The notes: generated by a model from the letters alone, not told the origin. A DNA stretch of 64,000 nt from Alphaproteobacteria bacterium (GCA_028822385.1 JAPKDV010000001.1:4509-68508), one strand, 5' to 3'; positions 17,344 through 29,628 are shown, counted from the first letter of the stretch. Numbers and translations: made by a program.

Positions 17344-20300
17344 ATGACGAACGAGACATCAAAGTTGCTGAATTCGCAAACTACAGCTGGGTCGACTGCC
17401 GGCCCAGACGGTGCAAAAACCGCCTTGTATGACGGTCAGCGTTCGGCGCAGGGCCTCTACAACCCGGCCAGCGAGCATGACGCTTGTGGCATTGGGATGA
17501 TCTGTTCAATTCGTAATGAGCGCAGTCGTAAAATCGTTGAAGACGGGCTGAAGATTCTCTGCAATCTGGAGCATCGTGGGGCAGTCGGAGCAGATCCGAA
17601 AGCCGGTGACGGCGCGGGTATCCTGATCCAGCTCCCCCATGAATTTTTTCGTGCCGAAGTTTCCGCGCTCGGTTTCGAGCTGCCAAAACCAAATCATTAC
17701 GGCGTAGCGCAGCTTTTTCTGCCGCGCGACCCAGCACATCACGCAATGGTGGAAAAGGCTTATGCAATGGCTGCTCAGCAGGAGGGTCTGGAGATTCTCG
17801 GCTGGCGCGAAGTGCCGGTCGAATCATCGATCCTTGGCGAAAGCGTGAAGCCGACCGAGCCGGTCCACCGTCAGGTATTTATCGCCCGCGGCGCGAACAT
17901 CGCCGATGATGATGCTTTCGAGCGCAAGCTATTCGTGATGCGCAAGGTAGCGTCGCATCACCTGCGCAGCACCTATCCGTTGGAGGCCCAGGGCTATTAC
18001 CCGGTGTCGTGTTCCTCTCGGACTATTGTCTACAAAGGGCTGGTCCTCGCCAATGGCGTGGTGGAGTACTTCAAGGATCTGCAGGACGAGCGAGTGATCT
18101 CTGCCGTTGCGCTTGTCCATCAGCGGTTCTCGACCAACACCTTCCCGGCCTGGCCGCTGGCCCATCCCTATCGGATGATCTGCCACAACGGCGAAATTAA
18201 CACCTTGCGCGGTAACTCCAACTGGATGGCTGCACGTCAGGCAAGCATGTCTTCGCCGATCTTCGGTGATGATATGCAAAAGCTGTGGCCGATTTCTGTT
18301 GAAGGCCAATCGGATTCAGCCTGTTTCGACAATGCGCTCGAGCTGCTCTACCAAGGCGGTTACACGCTGCCCCATGCGATGATGATGCTGATCCCCGAAG
18401 CCTGGGCCGGCAATCCGCTGATGGATGAGGATTTTCGCGCGTTCTACGAATACAACGCAGCCCTGATGGAGCCGTGGGACGGCCCGGCCGCGATCGCATT
18501 TACTGACGGCAAGGTCGTCGGCGCGACGCTGGATCGTAACGGCCTTCGCCCCGCGCGTTATCTGGAGACTAAGGACGGGTTTGTCTTGCTGGCTTCCGAA
18601 ATGGGTGTGCTCGACATTCCTGAGGAAAACATCGCCCGCAAGTGGCGGCTGCAGCCGGGCAAGATGCTGCTGATCGATCTGGAGAAGGGCAAAACCATCT
18701 CCGATCATGATCTCAAGACCGAGCTGGCGAACAGCCATCCCTATCGTGAGTGGTTGGCCCGTTCGCAGATCCGGGTGAAGGACTTGCCCGAAGTGGGACG
18801 CGCGGCGCCGCTCTCTGAAACCCCGCTGCTGGAACGCCAGCAGGCCTTTGGCTATTCTGCCGAGGATTTGAAGTTCCTGATGCTGCCGATGGCCCATACA
18901 GGACAAGAGGCGACGGGCGCCATGGGAACGGACACGCCGTTGTCCGCGCTGTCGTCTAAGTCAAAGACGCTTGCATCCTACTTCAAGCAGCTGTTTGCGC
19001 AGGTGACGAACCCACCAATCGATCCGATCCGCGAAGAAATTGTTATGTCGCTAGTCTCGTTTATCGGGCCGCGTCCCAACCTGCTGGACCTAGAGGGGAC
19101 ATCGACCCTCAAGCGTCTCGAAGTGCGTCAGCCGATCATTTCCAATGCGGGGCTGGAGAAAATTCGCGCGATAGGTGACATCGCTGACAATGAGTTCCAG
19201 ACACAAACCCTCGATATCACCTATGGCGTGCATCGTGGTGTCGAGTATATGGAGCAGGCAATCGACAATATCTGCACCCGCGCCGAGGAAGCCGTGGGTC
19301 AGGGGTATAATATTATTATCCTGTCGGACCGTCTGGTTGGGCCGGAGCGCGTGGGCATTCCCTCACTGCTGGCTACATCGGCGGTGCATCACCATCTAAT
19401 CCGCAAGGGGCTGCGTACATCGGTCGGCCTCGTCGTGGAAACTGGTGAAGCCCGCGAAATCCATCACTTTGCAACCTTGGCCGGCTTTGGTGCCGAGGCG
19501 GTCAACCCGTGGCTGGCCTTTGAGACCCTGGCTGATCTGCGTGAGATGGTTGATGAGGAGCTGACCGATGAGCAGGTCATCCGCCGCTATATCAAGGCCA
19601 TCGATAAGGGCCTGCTAAAAGTCATGTCCAAGATGGGAATCTCGACCTATCAGTCCTATTGCGGTGCACAAATCTTTGATGCGGTCGGCCTGCAGTCATC
19701 CTTCGTACAGAAATATTTTACCGGCACTCACACGGCCGTCGAGGGTGTGGGACTGGCCGAAGTCGCCCGGGAAACCATGCAACGCCATGTCAATGCGTTC
19801 GGCGATAATCCAATCTACAAAGGCGCGCTGGATGTGGGCGGAGAATACGCGTTCCGCATACGCGGTGAAAAGCACACTTGGTCACCTGAGACAGTGGCCG
19901 ATCTGCAGCACGCCGTTCGTGGCGCGCTGCCGGACAAGTATCGGTCCTATGCCGCAGCGATCAATCAGCAGGATGAAGAGCTAATGACCCTGCGCGGCCT
20001 CTTCCGTTTGAAGGGTGCCAAAGAGGTTGGTCGCAAGCCTTTGCCATTAGACGAAGTGGAATCCGCCGAGGATATCGTGAAGCGTTTCGCGACCGGTGCT
20101 ATGTCTTATGGCTCGATCAGTCGCGAAGCACATACCACGCTGGCGATTGCTATGAACCGGATCGGCGGCAAGTCGAACACCGGTGAGGGTGGCGAGGAAG
20201 TAGACCGTTTTGTCCCACTAGAAAACGGTGATTCTATGCGCTCGGCGATCAAGCAGGTGGCCTCGGGCCGCTTTGGCGTGACCACTGAATATCTCGTCAA

Positions 20301-22068
20301 TTCCGACATGATCCAGATCAAAATGGCCCAGGGCGCCAAACCCGGTGAGGGCGGTCAGCTTCCTGGCCACAAGGTGGATGCTGTCATCGCCAAGGTACGT
20401 CACTCAACACCGGGGGTAGGCCTGATCTCACCGCCGCCGCATCATGACATCTACTCGATTGAGGATCTGGCACAGCTAATATACGATCTGAAGAACGTAA
20501 ACTCTGCCGCTGATATCAGCGTGAAGTTGGTCTCTGAAATTGGTGTTGGGACCGTTGCGGCAGGTGTCTCGAAAGCACGAGCAGATCACGTGACGATTTC
20601 AGGCTTTGAAGGAGGGACGGGCGCGTCGCCGCTGACCTCAATCAAGCATGCCGGTTCACCATGGGAGATTGGCCTCGCCGAAACCCAGCAGACCCTAGTA
20701 ATGAACGATCTTCGAGGGCGAATTTCCGTGCAGGTGGATGGTGGTCTGCGGACCGGCCGCGACGTGGTTGTCGGCGCACTGCTGGGGGCTGATGAGTTTG
20801 GCTTTGCCACGGCACCGTTGATTGCGACCGGCTGCATCATGATGAGAAAATGCCATCTCAACACCTGTCCGGTTGGCATTGCCACGCAAGACCCGCAGTT
20901 GCGCAAGAAGTTCACCGGCGAACCTGAGCATGTTGTGAATTTTTTCTTCTATGTTGCAGAGGAAGTACGCGGGCTGATGGCCGAGATGGGCTTCCGCAAT
21001 GTGAACGAGATGATCGGCCAGACAGATATGCTCGACACTAAACCTGCGATTGATCACTGGAAGGCCCAGGGGCTGGATTTCAGCAAGCTGTTCTTCAAGC
21101 CCGAAGAGGCTGCGCATGTTGATATCCATCGTACCACCGCGCAGGACCATCCGATCAGGGACATCTTGGATCGTAAGCTGATTGAGCAGGCCAAACCGTC
21201 ACTCGACGATGGGATGCCGGTGCAAATTGAACTTACGATTGGTAACACGGACCGCACCGCTGGTGCCATGCTGTCTGGCGAGGTCGCCCGCAAATATGGC
21301 CATGCGGGGCTGCCCGAGGACTGTATTTGGGTTACGCTGAAAGGCGTGGCCGGACAGAGCTTCGGTGCTTGGGCGGCGCGTGGCGTGACCCTCGATCTGG
21401 TGGGTGAGGCCAATGACTATGTGGGCAAGGGTTTGTCGGGTGGCAAGCTGATCGTTCGGCCAAATCCCAACAGCGGCATCAACCCCGATGAAAGTATGAT
21501 CGTCGGCAACACGGTTCTTTATGGCGCGGTGACCGGTGAGTGTTACTTCCGTGGCATTGCCGGGGAACGCTTCGCCGTTCGCAACTCGGGTGCCATCGCG
21601 GTGGTTGAGGGTGCGGGTGATCACGGTTGTGAATATATGACCGGCGGGATCGTTGTGGTGCTGGGTGAGACCGGCCGTAACTTTGCGGCGGGCATGTCAG
21701 GCGGTATTGCCTATGTGCTTGATGAGGGTGGTGACTTCGAAGGACGCTGTAACCTCGCGATGGTCGACCTAGAGCCCATCGAGGGCGAAGAAGAAATTAT
21801 GGAGAAGTTGCATCGCTCGGACATCGAATCTCACGGGATGGTCGACGTACGTTCAGATATGACGCGGTTTGATGCTGAACGTCTGCGCCAACTAGTTGAG
21901 AACCATGTAAGATATACGGCTTCGACACGGGCGCAGCACATTCTTGACAATTGGAGTGAGTATCTCCCGAAATTCGTGAAGGTTATGCCGGTCGAGTACC
22001 GACGGGCGCTTCAGGAAATGCAGGTAGAGCAGACCGGTGATATGAACATCGGCATGCGGAGGGGCTAA
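17344..22068 (+). CDS. gltB: glutamate synthase large subunit
   Basis: About 1575 aa from the Met at 17344 (the ORF track starts at 17269); conserved order of glutamine amidotransferase class II (CGIG), FMN-binding, 3x[Cys] Fe-S ([14 protein letters not shown]) and GXGXG domains. Confidence 0.95.
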   Translation: MTNETSKLLNSQTTAGSTAGPDGAKTALYDGQRSAQGLYNPASEHDACGIGMICSIRNERSRKIVEDGLKILCNLEHRGAVGADPKAGDGAGILIQLPHEFFRAEVSALGFELPKPNHYGVAQLFLPRDPAHHAMVEKAYAMAAQQEGLEILGWREVPVESSILGESVKPTEPVHRQVFIARGANIADDDAFERKLFVMRKVASHHLRSTYPLEAQGYYPVSCSSRTIVYKGLVLANGVVEYFKDLQDERVISAVALVHQRFSTNTFPAWPLAHPYRMICHNGEINTLRGNSNWMAARQASMSSPIFGDDMQKLWPISVEGQSDSACFDNALELLYQGGYTLPHAMMMLIPEAWAGNPLMDEDFRAFYEYNAALMEPWDGPAAIAFTDGKVVGATLDRNGLRPARYLETKDGFVLLASEMGVLDIPEENIARKWRLQPGKMLLIDLEKGKTISDHDLKTELANSHPYREWLARSQIRVKDLPEVGRAAPLSETPLLERQQAFGYSAEDLKFLMLPMAHTGQEATGAMGTDTPLSALSSKSKTLASYFKQLFAQVTNPPIDPIREEIVMSLVSFIGPRPNLLDLEGTSTLKRLEVRQPIISNAGLEKIRAIGDIADNEFQTQTLDITYGVHRGVEYMEQAIDNICTRAEEAVGQGYNIIILSDRLVGPERVGIPSLLATSAVHHHLIRKGLRTSVGLVVETGEAREIHHFATLAGFGAEAVNPWLAFETLADLREMVDEELTDEQVIRRYIKAIDKGLLKVMSKMGISTYQSYCGAQIFDAVGLQSSFVQKYFTGTHTAVEGVGLAEVARETMQRHVNAFGDNPIYKGALDVGGEYAFRIRGEKHTWSPETVADLQHAVRGALPDKYRSYAAAINQQDEELMTLRGLFRLKGAKEVGRKPLPLDEVESAEDIVKRFATGAMSYGSISREAHTTLAIAMNRIGGKSNTGEGGEEVDRFVPLENGDSMRSAIKQVASGRFGVTTEYLVNSDMIQIKMAQGAKPGEGGQLPGHKVDAVIAKVRHSTPGVGLISPPPHHDIYSIEDLAQLIYDLKNVNSAADISVKLVSEIGVGTVAAGVSKARADHVTISGFEGGTGASPLTSIKHAGSPWEIGLAETQQTLVMNDLRGRISVQVDGGLRTGRDVVVGALLGADEFGFATAPLIATGCIMMRKCHLNTCPVGIATQDPQLRKKFTGEPEHVVNFFFYVAEEVRGLMAEMGFRNVNEMIGQTDMLDTKPAIDHWKAQGLDFSKLFFKPEEAAHVDIHRTTAQDHPIRDILDRKLIEQAKPSLDDGMPVQIELTIGNTDRTAGAMLSGEVARKYGHAGLPEDCIWVTLKGVAGQSFGAWAARGVTLDLVGEANDYVGKGLSGGKLIVRPNPNSGINPDESMIVGNTVLYGAVTGECYFRGIAGERFAVRNSGAIAVVEGAGDHGCEYMTGGIVVVLGETGRNFAAGMSGGIAYVLDEGGDFEGRCNLAMVDLEPIEGEEEIMEKLHRSDIESHGMVDVRSDMTRFDAERLRQLVENHVRYTASTRAQHILDNWSEYLPKFVKVMPVEYRRALQEMQVEQTGDMNIGMRRG

Positions 22069-23486
22069 TGGGCAAGGTTACAGGATTCATCGAAATTGAA
22101 CGGCACGACCGAACTTACAAGCCGGCCGCAGACCGCATTCGGAATTTCAAGGAGTTTGTGATTCCGCTTGAGGAACGCGACCTGGAACGTCAGGCGGCGC
22201 GCTGCATGGATTGTGGCATTCCGTTTTGTCACAACGGTTGTCCGGTCAACAACCAGATCCCTGACTGGAATGATCTGGTTTATAATTCTGACTGGAAAGA
22301 AGCCTCGCGTAACCTCCACTCGACAAATAATTTTCCGGAATTCACCGGGCGCATCTGCCCGGCACCGTGTGAAACGGCTTGTACTCTTAATATCGATGAC
22401 TCCCCGGTTACAATCAAGACCATCGAGTGCGCAATCGTTGACCGTGCCTGGGATGAAGGTTGGATAAAGCCGCAAATTGCTGTGACAAAAACTGGCAAGC
22501 GGATTGCGGTTGTCGGCTCCGGCCCGGCCGGGATGGCGGCAGCTCAGCAGCTCGCTCGCGTCGGCCACGATGTTCATCTTTACGAGAAGAATGAATCTCC
22601 GGGCGGTTTGCTCCGCCTCGGCATTCCCGACTTCAAAATGGAGAAACATCTGATTGACCGCCGAATGGATCAGATGATCGCTGAAGGTGTGGTGCTACAT
22701 TGCAGAATGCATATCGGTGTCGATATGACTGCAGCCGATCTGGAAGCCAATCATGACGCGGTGTTGCTCTGTGGTGGTTCGGAAATGCCCCGTGATCTTC
22801 CAGTTGAAGGGCGCGCGTTAGACGGTGTGCATTTCGCAATGGACTTCTTGCCTCAGCAAAACCGCCGGGTGGCGGGAAGCGAACAGGGCGAGGTGGAGCC
22901 TATCGTAGCTTCGGCAAAGCATGTCGTCGTTATTGGAGGCGGTGATACTGGTTCGGATTGCATCGGCACCTCGATCCGTCAGGGTGCGCTCTCTGTCGTG
23001 CAGCTCGAAATCATGCCCGAGCCGCCGGAGAAGGAAAACAAAGGCCTGACATGGCCGCACTGGCCGTTGAAGATGCGCACTTCCTCCAGTCAAGAAGAGG
23101 GCACTGAGCGTGACTTCGCCGTTACGACCATGAGTATGGGTGGCGAGAATGGTCAGGTGACAAAAATTAACTGCGCACGAGTAGATGAAAAGTTTGCACC
23201 GATCGAGGGTACGGAGTTTGAACTTAAGGCAGACCTAGTTCTGCTCGCAATGGGCTTTGTGCATCCGGTCGCTGAAGGTCTGCTGAAGGCTCTCGAACTG
23301 GAACTCGACGGACGCGGAAACGTGATGGCGGATACGAATGCCTACGTCACCAGCCGGGACAAGGTCTTCTCTGCCGGCGATATGCGCCGCGGCCAGTCAC
23401 TCGTAGTTTGGGCAATCCGTGAAGGCCGTCAGGCCGCTCATTCGATTGACAAGTTCCTGATGGGAAGCACTGAACTGCCGCGTTAA
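22068..23486 (+). CDS. gltD: glutamate synthase small subunit (NADPH)
   Basis: 472 aa; Cys clusters [15 protein letters not shown], Rossmann [12 protein letters not shown]; start overlaps the gltB stop (TAATG). Confidence 0.95.
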   Translation: MGKVTGFIEIERHDRTYKPAADRIRNFKEFVIPLEERDLERQAARCMDCGIPFCHNGCPVNNQIPDWNDLVYNSDWKEASRNLHSTNNFPEFTGRICPAPCETACTLNIDDSPVTIKTIECAIVDRAWDEGWIKPQIAVTKTGKRIAVVGSGPAGMAAAQQLARVGHDVHLYEKNESPGGLLRLGIPDFKMEKHLIDRRMDQMIAEGVVLHCRMHIGVDMTAADLEANHDAVLLCGGSEMPRDLPVEGRALDGVHFAMDFLPQQNRRVAGSEQGEVEPIVASAKHVVVIGGGDTGSDCIGTSIRQGALSVVQLEIMPEPPEKENKGLTWPHWPLKMRTSSSQEEGTERDFAVTTMSMGGENGQVTKINCARVDEKFAPIEGTEFELKADLVLLAMGFVHPVAEGLLKALELELDGRGNVMADTNAYVTSRDKVFSAGDMRRGQSLVVWAIREGRQAAHSIDKFLMGSTELPR

Positions 23487-23499
23487 TCCGTCCATGCCT

Positions 23500-24279
23500 C
23501 TAGTCGAATAGTGCCACCGCCCGCGTCCAGCCTGCGGTTCCACCTTTGATCTTGCAGGGGAAGCAGGACACAACGAAGCCCGTGTCGGGCAGTTGCTCGA
23601 GGTTCTGAAGCTTCTCGACCTGACAATAGGGCTCTTCGATGCCCGCATAATGCCCTTCCCAGATGATCGAGGGGTCCTTTGTCTCTTTCCAAAGCTTTGC
23701 TGTATGAACAAAAGGCGCATCCCAGGTCCAAGCGTCGGTGCCACACACGCGCACCCCACGTGACGTCAGGTACAGGGTCGCTTCGCGCCCCATGCCACAG
23801 CCCTTGTCGATATAGTCGTCCTGTCCATAAGACGCGGCAGCCGAAGTGTTTACCAGTACGATATCCAGTGGCAGTAGCTTGTGGCCGACACGCACAAGCT
23901 CGGCTTCGATGTCGTGGGCTGTCACCAGATAACCATCGTCGAAATGCCGGAAATCAAATTTAACGGCAGGGCGCATGAACCAGTCCAGCGGCATCTCGTC
24001 GATGCCCTGCATCGGGTCACCGTTCTTGTCTACCGGGTGATAGTGCTTGGGAGCATCCACATGGGTGCCGTTATGGGTCGCGAGCGTGATCGTCTCATAG
24101 GCTGAGGCAACGCCGCCCGGTAGATCATCGGTGTCGAGGCCTGGATAGAGCTTGCGCCAGCGATCGAGATTATCTCCATGCTCCATCATCTTGAACGTGG
24201 GGCGCATGGCTGGGGGGTCGACGATGGTCACGTCATCTAGGGTCATGGAGATATCAACGATTTTGCCGGGGATCTGCAT
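23500..24279 (-). CDS. cyclase-family protein (kynurenine formamidase / arylformamidase-like)
   Basis: 259 aa; putative-cyclase fold (HNGTHVDAPKHY motif). Confidence 0.7.
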   Translation of the reverse strand: MQIPGKIVDISMTLDDVTIVDPPAMRPTFKMMEHGDNLDRWRKLYPGLDTDDLPGGVASAYETITLATHNGTHVDAPKHYHPVDKNGDPMQGIDEMPLDWFMRPAVKFDFRHFDDGYLVTAHDIEAELVRVGHKLLPLDIVLVNTSAAASYGQDDYIDKGCGMGREATLYLTSRGVRVCGTDAWTWDAPFVHTAKLWKETKDPSIIWEGHYAGIEEPYCQVEKLQNLEQLPDTGFVVSCFPCKIKGGTAGWTRAVALFD

Positions 24280-24394
24280 CGATTGTTCCTTAGTGAAGGG
24301 CTGGCTCTAGGGTTTCGTTCGGGTGTGGTATCAATGATAGGCTGGCTCGCAAACGCGGTCATGCCGCGTGGAACAGCATGTGGAAGGAAGCCCG

Positions 24395-24640
24395 ATGAAG
24401 GATTTGGTCCTCAAGATCGACGAGATTTACGTTCCGACAGCACGGCGCCAGACGGCGGACCCGGGAAAAATCACCGAGATTGCTGAAAGTATGCTTGAGA
24501 ACGGCCAGCAAACCCCGATCATGGTGCGCGATGACGGCAAGCGGCTGATCCTCGTGGAAGGATTGCAGCGGATGGAAGCAGCAAAGACGCTTGGTGAAGA
24601 GACGATCATCGGCATTAAGGTGCAGGCGCGGCGGAGGTAG
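24395..24640 (+). CDS. small stand-alone ParB/sulfiredoxin-like N-terminal domain protein
   Basis: About 82 aa from MKDLVLKIDEIYVP; ParB-N signature (PIMVRDDGKRLILVEGLQRMEAAKTLG). Confidence 0.55.
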   Translation: MKDLVLKIDEIYVPTARRQTADPGKITEIAESMLENGQQTPIMVRDDGKRLILVEGLQRMEAAKTLGEETIIGIKVQARRR

Positions 24641-24643
24641 CTG

Positions 24644-25018
24644 CTATTCCCCTAGCCCGTACGGATTATTCGTAAGTCCCGGAAACATGTCTGTGCGCGG
24701 GGGTGAAAAGAACTCTACGATCTCGCATTCTTCGCGGTACCAGACCTCGTGCTCGACGCCGCCTGAGATGAGTACGAGAGACCGGGCTTCGCAGCTGGCT
24801 TCTTCGCCGGTGCTGGACTTTTAGTCGAAGCAGCCTTTGAGTAGCCAGGTGATCTGTTCATTCGGGTGCGAATGCGCCGGGATATGCGCACCGGCGTTCA
24901 GTTTTGCCCAGAAGCCCATCACCTGTTCGCCGCCGAGCACCCTGATTTCGCCGAATGCGGTCTTGTGGATGGGCAGGTCATCGAGCTGATGGATCAGACT
25001 GGTCAGATTCTGGGGCAT
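24644..25018 (-). pseudogene. cupin-domain protein interrupted by an in-frame TAA stop (nonsense mutation or sequencing error)
   Basis: Translation reads ...HSHPNEQITWLLKGCFD*KSSTGEEASCEARSLVLISGGVEHEVWYREECEIVEFFSPPRTD...; both cupin beta-barrel motifs stay in the same frame across the TAA (minus strand) at 24821-24823. Confidence 0.6.
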
Positions 25019-25087
25019 AGTGCTTCCTCCGGTGTGTGGTTGGAAGAATGATGGCACCTATGGCGAGGCAGGTACCAGAGGCAGTTA

Positions 25088-26125
25088 TTAGGCGAGCTGC
25101 CACTCTAGTGTTTCGCCTGCGTGGAAGGGCACGAGTGTCGTGTCACCGGCAGCTATATAGTCGGGGACGGCAACAGGCGTGCGTATTAGGGTCACGGTGC
25201 TCTCGTTCAAAGCCATGCCGTAAAAGTTAGGCCCACTTTCGGAGGCGAAGGCTTCCAGCTTATCGAGGGCCCCTTCAGCTTCGAAAGTGCGGGCGTAACT
25301 TTCTAAGGCAAAGGGGGCATTGAAGATACCGGCGCAGCCGCAGGCCGTTTCCTTGTTGCCCACGGGATGGGGAGCAGAATCCGTCCCGAGGAAGAATTTC
25401 GCCGAGCCTGATGTTGCTGCACGTCGTAGCGCCGCGCGGTGGGTTTCCCGCTTGGCCACAGGCAGGCAGTAAAAATGCGGGCGGATACCGCCCTTGAACA
25501 TGGCGTTACGATTGATGTCGAGATGGTGCGGGGTGATTGTCGCGGCGAGATTAGCGCCACCGGCTTCCACAAAGGCTACAGCATCTGCGGTTGTCACATG
25601 TTCGAACACGACTTTCAATTCTGGGAAGTCCGCAACCAGTCCCGTAAGTACCTCATTGATGAATACGGCCTCCCGATCAAAGATGTCGACTTCCGGGTCG
25701 GTGACTTCGCCATGCACGAGCAGCGGCATGCCAAGCTTTTGCATGGTTTCCAACACCACGTGGATATTGGTTATGTCAGTGACGCCGTGGCTCGAATTTG
25801 TTGTGGCGTTGGCCGGGTAGAGCTTGCAGGCGGTGAATAGGCCAGCTGTGTGGCCGCGTACAATTTCATCCGGGTCAATGTCATCCGTCAGGTAGCAGGT
25901 CATTAGTGGCGTGAAGTCTGCTCCAGGTTCTAGTGCGGCGAGGATACGTGCTCGATAAGCTTCGGCTGCGGCGACGGTGGTCACCGGCGGGGCAAGGTTA
26001 GGCATGACGATGGCGCGGGCGAACTGGCGAGCTGTGTGATTGGCCACGCCGGCGAGCATAGGGCCGTCGCGCAGATGTACATGCCAGTCATCAGGGCGCC
26101 GGATGGTCAGGCTATCGGTTGGCAT
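25088..26125 (-). CDS. pyrC: dihydroorotase (homodimeric, E. coli type)
   Basis: 345 aa; [17 protein letters not shown]-terminus and class II dihydroorotase motifs. Confidence 0.9.
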   Translation of the reverse strand: MPTDSLTIRRPDDWHVHLRDGPMLAGVANHTARQFARAIVMPNLAPPVTTVAAAEAYRARILAALEPGADFTPLMTCYLTDDIDPDEIVRGHTAGLFTACKLYPANATTNSSHGVTDITNIHVVLETMQKLGMPLLVHGEVTDPEVDIFDREAVFINEVLTGLVADFPELKVVFEHVTTADAVAFVEAGGANLAATITPHHLDINRNAMFKGGIRPHFYCLPVAKRETHRAALRRAATSGSAKFFLGTDSAPHPVGNKETACGCAGIFNAPFALESYARTFEAEGALDKLEAFASESGPNFYGMALNESTVTLIRTPVAVPDYIAAGDTTLVPFHAGETLEWQLA

Positions 26126-26330
26126 GCAAATACTCCGTAGATTTGTGCGTTTTCCGATGATGCCATCGAAGGCAGGACGTTGCCAGTTGTAACCCGGTTT
26201 GGCATTCCGTTTACACCCAGTGACTAGATTTCAACACAGTCATGCGGGCCTAGGGCTTTTTTCGCCTCCGCCCAGCGGTTATAATAACTTAAATAATCAA
26301 GAACAGCATTTAAACGTGGAGAAATACATC

Positions 26331-27209
26331 GTGGTCAAACTAGCTCCGTCTGACGTTCTGACGAAGGAAGTCCTTAATTGGAAGGGACTACACCTGTTCC
26401 ATTTCATGGGCTCGTCTTGTTCCCAGAAAACCCGAATTTCCTTCGGCATTAAGGGCGTCGAGTGGGAATCTCATCATGTGGATATAGGCAAGTTCGAAAA
26501 CTTCACCGAATGGTTCATGGGTATTAACCCGCGCGGCCTGATGCCAACTTTAGTGCATGACGGCGACGTCCATATTGAGAGCAACGACATCGTCAAATAT
26601 GTCGATGAAACATTCGATGGCCCGCGCCTCTATCCAACCGACCCCGACGAGCAGGCCTTCATGGAAGAATCTATGACCTTGGAAGATGATTTGCATCTCT
26701 GCGTGCGGGCGCTGACCTTCCGTTACCTGATGCCGGTAGAGATGATGAAAAAATCCGACGAAGCCGTTGATGTGATGGAAGCCGAAGGGGCCGAAACGGT
26801 CGGCGGTAAGGTCGATGGCCATAAGGCGATTGAGGTGAAGTTCTGGCGCGAAATGAACGCTAATAACGGCATTACTGACCCACAAATCATCGAAGCTGTC
26901 AGTGAATTCAAGCCGGTCTTCGCAGATTTGGATGAACGCCTCGGCAAGCATGAGTATCTTTTGGCCAGTGGTTTTTCGGCACTCGATATTGCCTGGTGGA
27001 TTACGGTCTTCCGGGTCAGTAAACTGGGCTTCCCGACTGAGCGGTACCCGAATGTAAACACTTGGTACGAAAAGCTGCTTGCACGTGATGAATTTGCACG
27101 CGAAGTCGCTCCGCCGCCCGAGATGCTGGAGATTTCCAAGGCCCACCAAGCCGCCTGCGCCGCAGACGGCAAGAGCATGCAGGATGTGATGGCAGCTAAC
27201 GGCCTGTAA
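26331..27209 (+). CDS. glutathione S-transferase family protein
   Basis: Thioredoxin-like GST N-domain (LFHFMGSSCSQKTRISFGIKGV) and helical C-domain; likely GTG start at 26331 preceded by GGAG (the ORF track starts at 26199). Confidence 0.7.
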   Translation: MVKLAPSDVLTKEVLNWKGLHLFHFMGSSCSQKTRISFGIKGVEWESHHVDIGKFENFTEWFMGINPRGLMPTLVHDGDVHIESNDIVKYVDETFDGPRLYPTDPDEQAFMEESMTLEDDLHLCVRALTFRYLMPVEMMKKSDEAVDVMEAEGAETVGGKVDGHKAIEVKFWREMNANNGITDPQIIEAVSEFKPVFADLDERLGKHEYLLASGFSALDIAWWITVFRVSKLGFPTERYPNVNTWYEKLLARDEFAREVAPPPEMLEISKAHQAACAADGKSMQDVMAANGL

Positions 27210-27342
27210 GATGCCAGCTCTCAAAGTTCTTCTTGTCATGCCCGCGAAGTTGGGCATCCACTGACGTGATGCAAAACAGGCATCTGCCTTAGGCAATGCC
27301 TCCGCCTTCAAGTGCGTGTGATTGCGTCGGTGTATGCGTGTT

Positions 27343-28092
27343 TTATGCCACCAGAACGTAAAGTGAGGAAACCGTCAGTGTCGTTAAAGCAATGATGCGG
27401 AAGGTACGCTCGCTTGCCAGCGGGAACATTTTTGTGCCGATTGCGGTGCCCACGACGAAGGGCAGCAGCAGAACACCAATCAGCCACGCGACCTCGACTG
27501 TGATGAGGCCTTTGGCCGCAAGCACGACAACGAACCCAGCTAGAATGATAGTGAAATAAGAGATTAAGTTTGCGCGCGTCAAGGCAGGACTGTCATCGCT
27601 CGACATTAGGTAGAGGATCACTGGTGGACCGGCGACGCCAGTGGCGCCAGCCAGTGCGCCACCAAACAGACCAACTCCGATAGCTGGCCCGGTGCCCCGT
27701 GGTCCGCGATAACGCCAACCGGACCAGAGAATAAGAGCAGCGACAAGCACGATGGCGCCAATTGCACGACGCATATCGTCTGCGGGTACCGAGACAAGAA
27801 TAAAGGTGCCTAACGGCATTAGAATTACCGCGGGTATGGCAAGCGCCCAGACTGTATTCCAATGCGCAATTTTAACTGCTTTGGGTGTCAATTGAATCGC
27901 AGGAGCAATCTCTACTAGTGCTGCGATAGGTACGCCCACAGTGGGACCCCATATCAGACTAAGTATTGGCGCATTGATCAACGCCGAACCAAAGCCTGAA
28001 AAGCCTCGGATGAGCCCTGCGGCGAATACGGAAACGACTGCGAAGATCAAACGCGTGTCGAGATATTCAACAGGAAAAGGAATGTCAGGCAT
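27343..28092 (-). CDS. TauE/SafE-family sulfite/anion exporter (copy 1)
   Basis: 249 aa; polytopic membrane protein with the duplicated 4-TM TauE/SafE pattern (GFSGFGSALINAPIL). Confidence 0.75.
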   Translation of the reverse strand: MPDIPFPVEYLDTRLIFAVVSVFAAGLIRGFSGFGSALINAPILSLIWGPTVGVPIAALVEIAPAIQLTPKAVKIAHWNTVWALAIPAVILMPLGTFILVSVPADDMRRAIGAIVLVAALILWSGWRYRGPRGTGPAIGVGLFGGALAGATGVAGPPVILYLMSSDDSPALTRANLISYFTIILAGFVVVLAAKGLITVEVAWLIGVLLLPFVVGTAIGTKMFPLASERTFRIIALTTLTVSSLYVLVA

Positions 28093-28189
28093 GGAAATAA
28101 TCTAACTGCGTGGGTCGAATGCGCATGGCAATATGTTCATTGTTGTTCACGCCTTCGCAGGCATGACGAAATCTTGTGGGTAGTGTTCG

Positions 28190-28777
28190 TTATTCTCCGA
28201 ACTTTATGCCGATATCGGCCATCTTATTGCGGGTGTCCTTGCCCCAGCGGCTTTCGATTTCATCGCCAGCGGCACCGGAATGGATGACCGTATCGTGCTG
28301 CTCGCCCACAGGCGACTGGATCGCCACGAACAGGCGGCCAAGATCATCGCCCACATTGGCGAACTCACGATAGACGCCCGGTGGCACGGAGATGAAATCC
28401 ATCGGCTCCAGCCGGACCGAATGTTCGCCGTTGTCACCCCAGGTGATGTCGAAGCTGCCCTGAATGCAGAAGAAGTTCTCCACCGTCGCGGTATGCTTGT
28501 GCAGGCCCGAACTGTCGCCCGGCGGGCATTCGGCGATGGTGACTGTCAGGCCGTCCGCGCCCTTGACCGGGGCCACCTTGCTGCGACCCTGCCAGCCTTC
28601 CGGGCTCATCACCGGAAAGACCTTGTCCGAAGACATCATCTGCATGGCCTCGGGGGCGATGCCGTGGGTGGCGTTCATCGTGTCCTTGTAGGGCACCAGA
28701 TCATCGAACCGCGCCACGCGCTTTTCCATCTCTTCTGGTGTGGGCGTCGAGGTGGTTTTGGGGGCAGGGGCGTTCAT
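28190..28777 (-). CDS. cupin-domain protein
   Basis: Cupin motifs (GLHKHTATVENFFCIQGSF...FISVPPGVYREF); choosing the internal Met (MNAPAPK) removes the 28-bp overlap with the upstream gene. Confidence 0.65.
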   Translation of the reverse strand: MNAPAPKTTSTPTPEEMEKRVARFDDLVPYKDTMNATHGIAPEAMQMMSSDKVFPVMSPEGWQGRSKVAPVKGADGLTVTIAECPPGDSSGLHKHTATVENFFCIQGSFDITWGDNGEHSVRLEPMDFISVPPGVYREFANVGDDLGRLFVAIQSPVGEQHDTVIHSGAAGDEIESRWGKDTRNKMADIGIKFGE

Positions 28778-28812
28778 GTCAGATCTCCACGTTCTGGTGT
28801 TTTGGTTATGGA

Positions 28813-29628
28813 CTAAACGTCCCAGCCGATCCAGTCGCACATGCCTTTGCCCATCACGAGGTCGAGGTCCTCGCCCTTCAACCAGGGCAGTTCCTCGGTA
28901 AACATGGTGACATATTCCCGATAGGTGCCCGGCAGACGGGTCAGGTCCGAGGCCCAGAACATGCGATGCGGGCCGAATGCGTCAAACACGCGATGCAGCA
29001 CGTCATGGCTGTTGGCATAGGGATAATCTTGGGAGGAATAGGCCGGAATGGTCGCCGCCTTGACCGAGATGTTGTCGTGTTTTGCCATGTCGAGAAGCTC
29101 GGGGATCGGCGCGAAGGCTTCGTCATCGAGCTTCTGTCCCGGGAAGCCGAGATGGTCGACGGTCAGCTTGAGGCCCGGATGGGCTTCGGCGATCCCCTGC
29201 ACCACATCGATATGGCCCGACAGCATGAACATCACCGGCAGGCCGGCCTCTTCGGCGGCACTCCACAGCCAGTCGAGTCCGCCCGAACGCAGCAGTTCCT
29301 GCTCGTCAGGCCTGCCAAAGGTAAACCGCAGGCCGAGCATGCCCGACTGGTCGGTCCAGTTGGCCAGCTGATCGGCTGCCGAGGGATCAAACAGCGGGAA
29401 GCGCCCGAGCACAGCCAGCCGGTTCGGGTGTTCGGCCGCAGCGGCGCAGGCTTGCGAATTGTCATCACCCATCCACATGGGGGGCACGATAACGGCGCGG
29501 TGGACCCCGGCCTCGTCCATTTCGGATATCAGTTCAGGGGTGGTGTATTGCGGGACCTTCCGGTGCCAGGGGTTTGCCCCCTCGGGTCGGAAACTCCAGA
29601 GATGCACTTGTGCGTCTGCGATCATCAT
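28813..29628 (-). CDS. amidohydrolase-2 family (ACMSD/LigI-like metal-dependent hydrolase)
   Basis: 271 aa; QVHLW N-terminal and VDHLG TIM-barrel metal-ligand motifs. Confidence 0.75.
   Translation of the reverse strand: MMIADAQVHLWSFRPEGANPWHRKVPQYTTPELISEMDEAGVHRAVIVPPMWMGDDNSQACAAAAEHPNRLAVLGRFPLFDPSAADQLANWTDQSGMLGLRFTFGRPDEQELLRSGGLDWLWSAAEEAGLPVMFMLSGHIDVVQGIAEAHPGLKLTVDHLGFPGQKLDDEAFAPIPELLDMAKHDNISVKAATIPAYSSQDYPYANSHDVLHRVFDAFGPHRMFWASDLTRLPGTYREYVTMFTEELPWLKGEDLDLVMGKGMCDWIGWDV

Noticed and set aside
17381-21624. Multiple minus-strand ORFs (e.g. 18316-18906, 20695-21150, 21199-21624) inside gltB
   Set aside because: They are entirely nested antisense within the highly conserved glutamate synthase large-subunit ORF; these are spurious high-GC open frames.
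22065-22649. 194-aa minus-strand ORF overlapping the gltB/gltD junction
   Set aside because: It is antisense to gltD with no recognisable domains; gltD clearly occupies this DNA.
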